This document shows, one piece after another, positions 55,477 through 64,000 of a stretch of 64,000 bases of DNA. The translations under genes and the position numbers were made by a program. The notes beneath the pieces were generated by a model. It worked only from the letters and a program-made list of their open reading frames with translations, ran no database searches and was not told the origin of the DNA. Origin of the DNA: Lytechinus pictus (taxonomy: Eukaryota). Within the stretch, counting starts at the first letter, position 1, and each line of letters starts with the position of its first letter. The stretch lies in the NCBI RefSeq assembly GCF_037042905.1, contig NC_087251.1:21144001-21208000 (forward strand), given 5' to 3'.

Positions 55477-55675
55477 CCCTGAAAATCTAATTTTCCCTGT
55501 GAATTTAAAACCAATAGAGCATCACAACACTAGTATATGTTAGTTTGAATAAGATGAAACAAACTAGTACATGTCAGTTTGAATAATATGAAACAAACTG
55601 TTTGATCAGTTTCCATCTGCAACAGATTTTCAAGAATTTGGTGACTTTTAAAAAAAGGCAACAAGACAATCTTAC

Positions 55676-55758
55676 CTGTGATTGGTCAGGCTTCCAACCA
55701 ATCATAAAGAGAATTTGAAAAGTGGCTGGGATTGTACCATCTTCATTCCCATACATGT
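55676..55758 (-). CDS. NDUFAF5: NDUFAF5 penultimate coding exon, 83 nt
   Basis: Translates to (D)MYGNEDGTIPATFQILFMIGWKPDQSQ, containing the conserved PATFQI..MIGWK motif. Has a tttcacAG acceptor and a GTaaga donor. Its phase joins the previous exon correctly (G+AC = Asp). Confidence 0.95.
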
Positions 55759-55979
55759 CTGTGAAATCAAAGAAAAATATACACATTAATTTTTTTTTTT
55801 TCTAATGCATATTCTCCTTTAACTCTCTTATACTAGACAATCAGAAAGCTTATCAGAGCCCAGCTAATCATAGAGATAAGCAATGTAAATGTCTAGATCT
55901 GAAAGTTGAGTTGAAGGAGATGCAGGTAATAAAAAAAAGCATTGAGTAGATAAAATGGAGATAAGATAATATAAAGTGG

Positions 55980-56120
55980 GTTGTTGGTAAGACTTGTCAG
56001 ATGTTTTATCCAATAAAGTCTGTATTATCTGACATAGTAACAGTGCTTCTCAGCCAATCAAAATCAAGGAAAGTTGTCGGATCAAACAACTTTTCGGATA
56101 AAATTTTGATGGAACTCTCA
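55980..56120. mobile_element. Degenerate copy of MITE family E
   Basis: cagccaatcaaaatcaaggaaagttgtcggatc... is similar to 63190-63505. Confidence 0.5.
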
Positions 56121-56495
56121 CGCTGATAATTAGCAGTATTCCATCTTGCCAAGACCACTACTGAATGTTCAAAATACAGGTCTGGAGTATCCTTTCTTGA
56201 GAACGAGTGAATTTACCCAAATAATTATAAGCCATATAAGGAATAATAAAAGTAATATATAACTGTCTTAATGAATGATAAAGGATATATACTGTATAAT
56301 GAATGGTTGAATAATGAAGCATGATGAAAAACTGAGACGAGGACTATAATAAAAAAGAAATAGATTGCAGTTTTCAAACAATGATTTTGATTGGTTGATG
56401 GTGGGTATGTGGAACAATATGCAATAATGATCTTGACTGGCCAATGTCATTTTGCAATTGATTGCAAACTTTCATTTCATTGGGCCCTGATTCAA

Positions 56496-56735
56496 CACAG
56501 CAAAAACTGTGGTGTTAACCGGTGTACATAGAGGACCACACCAGTTATTTTACACCGGTGTTGAATTGACAGTGTTAGTTTTAACACCTATAGGTGTTAT
56601 TACAACACCTTTGGTTGTTACATTTACACTCTTTGGTGTTATGTTCAATCTCTAGGGTGTAATTTTAACACCTCAGGGTGTGGTCGTCTATTAACACCAA
56701 CTGGTGTCAGTTTTAACACCACAGTTTTTACAGTG
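56496..56735. mobile_element. Intact CACTA/EnSpm-like MITE, 240 bp
   Basis: AA|cacagcaaaaactgtggtgttaa ... ttaacaccacagtttttacagtg|AA: CAC..GTG termini, 2-bp TSD, and acacc/ggtgt subterminal repeats. Confidence 0.8.
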
Positions 56736-57918
56736 AATATCAGCATATTGCTACATAATTGCATGCCTCAATATGTGTCAATGCATGATTAAATCTTGAA
56801 CGCTAGATATGAATGGATTTCACCTTCAGCTTAGTCCACCGCAATTAGGGAAGTTCATAAAGTACAGAGTGAAGAGACGTAATGAGAATGAAAACTAATT
56901 TTGACTAAAGTTATGGGTACTTTTGAACTACCCAAGAGCTTCGAATCCGTCTTGAGGATGCATGGCGTGTCAGATTTCCTCTAAAATTCGCAAAAGCCGT
57001 CATTTATATTCATTGGTTACTGTAACCATCTCAAAGCAGCATGTGAAATGCATGAAGTCACCTGTTCATGTTCCGCATGCATTATGCCTTCCTCAAGAAT
57101 AACATGGAAAGCATCAATGAATATTGATAGGCAAACTTAAGGCAAAAAAGGGTCCCCTGGGGGACGTGAAACTGGGGGACTGTTCATCATGAAATATTCA
57201 TGTTTGGATTGCATTGGAATTCATGCTAGTAGGAGTGATTTGGTAGCTAGTGGGAACATCATTTAACCTCTCGTTAAGAAAAATCCAGAGCGTTGACAGA
57301 GATCCCACGTACGATGGGGGCATATTTAGAAAAAAATTGGGTCAGATTCTGTAATTGCCTTCACTCTTGAGGGATATGAGGGTTTGAAGATGACGTGGAA
57401 GGATGAATAATGCAAGAAAAAGGACTTGTCTGCCTTCCCCTCACCGACTTCATAAACAAATTGGTGTATGGGGAAGAGTTTTTCTTTATTAGCACATCTA
57501 AACTTCAAACTTTCCTTCTTATGATCCGGAATGCTACTTACAGCATTTCAAATAGTCAAACAAGCATTTTTAACAAAAAGGTGAACCTGAGAGACCAAGA
57601 AGTGTAAAAATTACACCAACCAAATATGCTTTTCCTATAATACTGTACTACTACTATAATAATAATAATATGAACATTTGTAATGCGCCGGTGGCCATCA
57701 TAAAAAGAGGCTCATGGTGCATTGCCCATTGACAGTTCAAAACAGTGAGGAAACACTTTTTTAATAATCCTATGGAAGATCGTAATATTCTACTTTCATC
57801 GCTGAATTGGCTTGGGTTTATTTCTGTGCATAACTTTCCAATATTGCAGGCATTTATCTGGGTATTTGTATTGGATATTTGAGAAATAAGAAACAAACAA
57901 AATCAATAGCTCCATTAC

Positions 57919-58063
57919 CTTTGTATATTGCAGCTGCAGCAGCCATAGTATCCCTTTGAAGGTAGTTTTTCCTTGACCATGATGCATTGTTCTCCGCCAT
58001 GCCTTTAAGATCATGCATAAGTTCATACATGGATGGGTAATTCACCTGCAACTCTTCTTTGTC
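57919..58063 (-). CDS. NDUFAF5: NDUFAF5 internal coding exon (third from last), 145 nt
   Basis: Translates to [48 protein letters not shown], closely matching the NDUFAF5 C-terminal region (human, from memory: [32 protein letters not shown]...RDTMLAAAAVYR). Bounded by a cttgtAG acceptor and a GTaatg donor; ends in phase 1. Confidence 0.95.
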
Positions 58064-59396
58064 CTACAAGAAATACAAACATAAAAAGACAAGAGCAAAA
58101 CATCGTTAAAAACAAAAATTATTATTAGGAAAAACAAAATATATGGTGTCATTATGTAAATAGGATTCAAACTACATGAGGCAATTTACACAAACAGACT
58201 TGCAGTTTGGGAATTTCACATAAATTTATTGTTCTAGAGGAACAAGCAAGCTTACTGTAAATACCAATACATGATTCAAAATATTTTTGATGATCTGCAG
58301 AAAACTTTGTAATTATTTAATGCTCAAATGAACAGTAACCCACAGCTTTACACCATATTCCTGTCTGTTCTTTTCTTTCTTTGCCTCTTATTTGGCGAAA
58401 GCTACAATGTCAGTTAAAGCTGTTTTAAATGAACTCAAGGCATAGCAAAAACAGGCAAAAAGCTTCCCAAAAGTTGGCAAAATTAGGTTCTAAAGCCCTA
58501 GGTTTCATCCATTCAAGTAGGACATATTTTTACTGTTATTTTTCTGTGTGAATTTCTTTTAAAATCTTGAATTAGTACTTCCAAAAAAGATAAAATAATC
58601 AACCTTTTCTACATATACAAACACATGTAATCTAAACTTTGTCCACAAAGAATGATGTAATGGATTTCAGGTCGCTGAGAAGCGATAATCAAGGGTATAC
58701 ATTTAACAGGTAAGCAGTGAAAATGCATGAAACTTATATTGTTGTATTTTGTTCCCTCACAGCTTTCCATGAACGAATCTTTATTTTGGCTTTAAGTAAT
58801 ATATTAGTGCATGACACAGAGTGCTTAAACTTTATCTGAACACAATTGTCATCTCATTTCCTTAAAAAAAATGCAAAGTTGAAAAAAATACAGCCCTTAA
58901 GCTCTGTCTGAACACAATTATCATGATCTCAAATGACCCACAAATGAGTATTTCACACAAATACAGCTTTTGTGACAAGAAACTATCTAGGGAAATACCC
59001 AAATGAAGGTTTATGCACTCCTGTTATCAAATATCGTAAACAAGTCTAAGAGCTGTATGGGTAATCTCCGGACAGATTGCTTCCAAGAAAATCAGGGATC
59101 ATAAAAATCAATGTTTAAACACCTGAACTGGTTTACATTAAACACAGAGAGGAAGAAAAACAGGTAGATAGAAGAATGCTGATGTCAACAGGTAAAAACA
59201 GATATTAGTACAGTGAAAGTCATGGGGTGCAAGACTTTCTAACAAAAATACCTTTCCAATTATTTCAAAAGACAGCATGTTCAACATCCACCGTGGTTTC
59301 ATTTGCAATTTGCATCCAGACTTGCCTTTTAGTATGATTTAATTTTCATATTAAAATGACCGCGCACTGCCACCACTGAATTGCATGATTTACAAT

Positions 59397-59872
59397 AGGC
59401 GGTTTCAAACCGCCTCGATCACAAGAATCCCCGTTAAATTACGAGAACATTTTTAGGCTAAAAAATACCCATTAATAATTCCTGCATTCACACCGCCCCA
59501 AAACATACCCTTTGGGATAAATTCCTGAAGTTAGGAGCATGCGCAGTATGGTCTAATAAGCAGGCAAGGCACGAGATTCAAAACCACTAGCCCAGCAGCC
59601 ACCCACGGCGCCCGCGCCCAACGACACGCTGGGCTAAAAGTTCCTGTAAATTGCTTTCACATTGCCAAAATACCTGCGACCTTGGAAAAATCCCCACGAA
59701 AGTTCTCGTAATTTCGCCAAGTACCTACTATTTAGCGGGTATTTTCTTTCGGGGAAATTACGCGTAGTTTGCTTTCACATTACCAAAATACCTGGTATTT
59801 TCTGATCGGGGTAAATTTCCCGATCAGAGAATACCTGGAACTGACGAACTTCGAGGCGGTCTAAAACCACCT
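59397..59872. mobile_element. MITE family F with 3-bp TSD (Harbinger-like)
   Basis: AAT|aggcggtttcaaaccgcctcga ... tcgaggcggtctaaaaccacct|AAT. Confidence 0.78.
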
Positions 59873-59996
59873 AATGTGATTTTGTTAGTAGTGCCAAGAC
59901 ATGTACCATTCCCTCCATATTAACAGGTAACCAGCACTCCTGTGCACTTCTAAATGAAAAAAAAAAGATCACCTCCATTCAAAATCAGAGGACAAA

Positions 59997-60219
59997 TCGT
60001 CGCACGGCTGGCAGAAGGGTGCAAATTTTTCGCCAAGCAGAAGGGCGCACACACTTAATCCCATCTAACTTATGAAATGTCAACTTATTTCAGACCAAAT
60101 TTACTACGCATGTTCCATTTCATCCCTTTATTCATTAATTTGGGTTTGGTCTGAAATAAGTTGATATTTTATAGGTTAGATGGGATTCAGTGTGCGCGCC
60201 CTTCTGCCAGCCGAGCGAT
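59997..60219. mobile_element. Foldback palindromic MITE
   Basis: The arm agaagggcgcacac..aatcccatctaac.tat.aaat.tcaacttatttcagaccaaa pairs with tttggtctgaaataagttga...gttagatgggatt...cgcccttct. Confidence 0.75.
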
Positions 60220-60390
60220 AAATGATACAATTGTACAATATTATATATCAACAGTAATGACTCATTGAACTTTGCTCTTTCCACCTTTCTATCTCCTTGC
60301 TCTCGAGAGATGCTTAGATTTTAAAAAATCATGCATTTCAAGTGGATAGGGTGACGACTAGCAACTGACTTACAAAGCAAATCTTAATAA

Positions 60391-60851
60391 GGGCTATTCC
60401 ACGGTTACTCACGTTACATTTGGAGACACCTTGACTCATACTTGGAGCTGTAACTCCATTATTATTGATAGGAACTAAACATCTCTTTATCCCAACATAG
60501 TACGCAGTCTGACTATCCTTTGTATAAAAACAAAACTTGGGAAATTTCATTATGCTCCTGGCAAATCTTTGAAATGTGTTGGTTACTCATGTAACATGAT
60601 TTGGATATATATGCATAAAATGAAAAGTGGACATAAGCGAAAAGTGTCCTCATGCAAGGCTTTTATGAAAGTTGATTATATCCATTTCAAAGAAGTATAT
60701 TAGGGAGACAAATTTGTATATAATTAAAAAAATAAAGAACACATGGTTTTTACAAGGGGTGCAGATAAAGTGGTTACTCACGTTACGGTTCAGATGGGCT
60801 ATATGTACAAAGACACATTGAGCTCATGTCCACCAACCTATGGAATTGCCC
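60391..60851. mobile_element. MITE with short TIRs
   Basis: gggctattcca / tggaattgccc ends, with three internal ggttactca(c/t)gt.ac motifs. Confidence 0.55.
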
Positions 60852-61952
60852 ATACGTATATTGTGGTTTGCTAGCTCTCTTCAATACTCGAATTTCACTG
60901 TGATTTTTCGTTTAATTGTCTAGCGTTACAGATAACGAAGAATTGTAATAAACAAACAATACAGTGTATAAAAATTCAGACCCTTATTATCTGATCTGAA
61001 AAAAGAACACTCCTAACTATATGACTTAATATGAAAAATACTATTCCATAATTGTCATAAATACAGTTATAAAAGAACGAACATCAACTACCATATCCTC
61101 CTAAATACAGGCCATACTTCATAGCAAATTAATCCAAACATGGGTTCCTTGAAGCTCACAACATTGCTCATCTATATATAATTTTCCAAAGTCATTTACC
61201 ATTTGGTAGGAACAATTATAAATTCCAACTGAGAGGGTACTAAGCTATGCTAATCTAGCAACTAGCTTTCAGGGGGAACTTTGAATATTTGATATCCCAT
61301 TCATCAGCTAGTCCGAGGAGTCTCTCCAGACAGAATGCATAAATTCTTAACGGATTTCCTCCAACACCCACATTACTTAGTAAACAAACATCTTCTCTCT
61401 TGTATCATGGGTTGTAAATCAGAAAAGGGCGTCAACTTTTTGTCCTCTAATAATCTATTATCTATACAGTACCGTACATAAAGTGGAGAGACAAAAAAAT
61501 ATTGGGATAAAATTTGTAGAAAATACATCACTTTGTGATTTAATGACAATCTAGAAAGACAAATTCAGTGATAAATGCTGCAATCTAAAGGATCCCAAAG
61601 TCACAGATAATAAATCGGTTCTCATGGAAAAATCTCTCACACTATGCTTAAGTGTCGTAATAAATGTTTGAGAATCTTAAGGACATTTCCATCAGCCCAA
61701 GAAGCTTCAGCACAAAACAGGGCTATGGGGAATTTATTCACACTTTATGCATCACATTCATAATTGTTTTGAAGAGCCAAACCAAGTATATCATCACTAC
61801 CAATAGAATAGGCCTCTCACAAGAAAATATACTTTGTAAAAACAGAGCTGAAGTTAAATTTGGGATTATAATTCATAAAATAGCCCTACAAGTTGCATCT
61901 ATTTATCAAACAAAATCTCCAGTCTGTTCTTACTTGGATAGTTTTGCCAGAC

Positions 61953-62124
61953 CTGGGGGTGTTTCACAAAGAATAAGTATGACTTAGAGTCACAATTAAA
62001 TGGCAATGCATGATATGCAACGCACAATCTTATTGATCAATATTCAGTAGTGTGTGTCCTCTTTGCATGATCTGACCAATGCAGTCATGCCTTTTATATC
62101 GCACACAACTAGACACCTCCCCTG
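61953..62124. mobile_element. Harbinger-like MITE family C, internally deleted copy
   Basis: Colinear with 44673-44889, with CTG on both flanks. Confidence 0.7.
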
Positions 62125-63189
62125 GAAGAAAATTCATGAAGCTATACATGTGATAAAGTATAACCTTACAACCAATCAAGATATGGAAACCCTATAGTGT
62201 ATGTCTTGATCACAATTGATAGCTTAAACTGAAACACAAAGACAAATTAATTGATATTTTTGCTTTTAAATGTATTTTCAGGGCAAAGTAGACTTTTGGC
62301 ATCTGAGTGGTGATTTCCCCCTGGGTCTTGCAATATCTTCTCATTATCACCCGATGCCCGTCTAGCCTCCTCACATTCTACTGCAAACATTTGTGCCATG
62401 TTTTGTTCCTATATTTACATACAGATTCAAACATTATTTAAAGACAAGCAATGAATCAACATAGGGCCAATGGGTTCAAGGATCCAAACAATGTCCTCAA
62501 AATGGCAATTGACAATCCAAAACTGTACCCAACATCTTGAAAACATGGTGAGACTCATCTGGCATGCAGGTAGCATCCTGGCTGCGATGGAGGAAATACA
62601 AGCCCATGGCTGGGACCCACTAGGCCAAGATACCAACCATGAATATTGGCATTTAAAATAGCCATGAGACTGGGTATAAACAGTAACATGAGCCTGCCTC
62701 ACGGCATGTCACTCACTTCAAATCAAGTGAACTAATAACAACGAATAAATGATGCCAAAAAGAAATTGCTTTTCTTTTAGGCTAATTATGTTGGAGCCTT
62801 GACACTCACACTGCTTCTCTCGCTGTCAAATCAAATGCTAAAACTTGAAGAGGATCAAGCTGTACAGGAAGCATATCTCCAGGGAATTGTTGAGTTGAAT
62901 TATTCAACTTTTTTCAGATTACACATGCAGATAAGTACTTTCCAAACTAACCCATAAAAATTATTACAAAGAATGCTTTTACATATAACTCAACCTTAAA
63001 AAAAATTGATATGATTTCAGCTTATATCATAACCCACTGCCTATTGCAAATGCCATGTTTACAAAGTATAAAAATCATGTTAATGAATAAACAATTCAGT
63101 CGAGTTCAACTCCAATGCAATCCAAGTCCTTAAAGAACCCGTTTGAATGTACAGTAACTTTCCTGGACTGAGAATGGTCAAGCAGTCCT

Positions 63190-63505
63190 GGGAGCGTTTC
63201 ATGAAAGGACTTGTTGGATGTTTTATCCCAAAAGTCCCATTTTATCCGACAGTTACCATAGGAACTGTGACTCTTAGCCAATCAACATCAGGGGAAAGTT
63301 TAATCAACATTTTTTTTGTCCAACAAGTTGTCAGATCTGACAACTTTCCTTGGTTTTGATTGGCTAAGAAGCGCTGTTACTACATGGCAACTGTCGGATA
63401 AATTGGGACTTATCGGAACACATACAACAAGTCCTTTCATGAAACGCTCCTCAGGGAAAGATGTCAGATCTGACTTGTGGATGAAAATGTTGATGAAACG
63501 CTCCC
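63190..63505. mobile_element. MITE family E containing an inverted copy of itself (63292-63451)
   Basis: Outer TIR gggagcgtttcat / atgaaacgctccc. The inner copy is flanked by CAG at 63289-63291 and 63452-63454. Confidence 0.72.
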
Positions 63506-63736
63506 CATGCAGGACACCACTTCTTGTCAGCACCAACAAGTTGTCATTCTTTGACATTTACCATCATACCAGTCAGAGACTAGTACCCTCAGCTAATCAA
63601 AACAAAGAATATCACTGTTATTGTGAGAGCTGACAAGTGACAAGTCAGTGCTGACAGCTTTCAAGAAATGCCTCCATGGAATAATCAAAGCAATCTTCTG
63701 GAGTGACTGGAGTGATCCAGAAAACAACCTTACAGA

Positions 63737-64000
63737 AGGTGGTTTCAGGCCGCCTCGAAGTTCGTCAATTCCAGGTATTTTCAGATTGGGATATTTACCC
63801 CGATCAGGAAATACCAGGTACATGTAATATTGGCAATGTGAAAGCAAATCATACGTAATCTCCCCAAAAGAAAATACCCACTAAAAAAATAGTAGGCACT
63901 TGTCACAATTTACGAGAACTGTCGTGGGGATTTTTCCAAGGTTGCAGGTATTTTGGCAGTGTGAAAGCAATTTACGGGAACTTTTAGCTCAGCGTGTAGT
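63737..64000. mobile_element. MITE family F, inverted copy truncated by the window edge
   Basis: Reverse-complement homolog of the right half of 59397-59872. Confidence 0.8.

Noticed and set aside
62280..62400. Exon-like open stretch (MAQMFAVECEEARRASGDNEK...) as the next upstream NDUFAF5 exon
   Set aside because: It lacks the expected GGFSPH...AGF..LTV motif and has no clear splice sites.
1..64000. Hammerhead ribozymes or C/D snoRNAs at scattered ctgatga/tgatga motifs; autonomous transposase or RT genes
   Set aside because: The motifs I inspected lacked the required partner elements and stems. No long ORF with DDE, RT or Rep/Hel motifs is present. A covariance-model search was not possible.

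Overview
AT-rich, repeat-dense animal genomic DNA. The repeat families suggest an echinoderm or sea urchin, which is my inference and not a database result. The only protein-coding gene I can firmly support is the 3' end of NDUFAF5 (mitochondrial complex I assembly factor, arginine hydroxylase) on the minus strand. It has three coding exons (57919-58063, 55676-55758, 30384-30467), with a ~25.2 kb last intron; the upstream exons were not found in the window. The rest is intronic or intergenic DNA filled with non-autonomous DNA transposons (Harbinger-, hAT-, Tc1/mariner-, CACTA-, piggyBac- and Kolobok-like MITEs), Helentron-associated (HINE/Tsp-like) elements with internal tandem arrays, one tRNA-derived SINE, microsatellites and a ~565 bp tandem duplication. 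Notable structure includes two three-level transposon nests, a MITE inserted into its own family, and a CpG-depletion step at the gene boundary. There is also a small CpG-rich hairpin island inside the large intron and an orphan exon-like segment at the left edge. I found no convincing novel protein-coding system; almost all listed ORFs look spurious.
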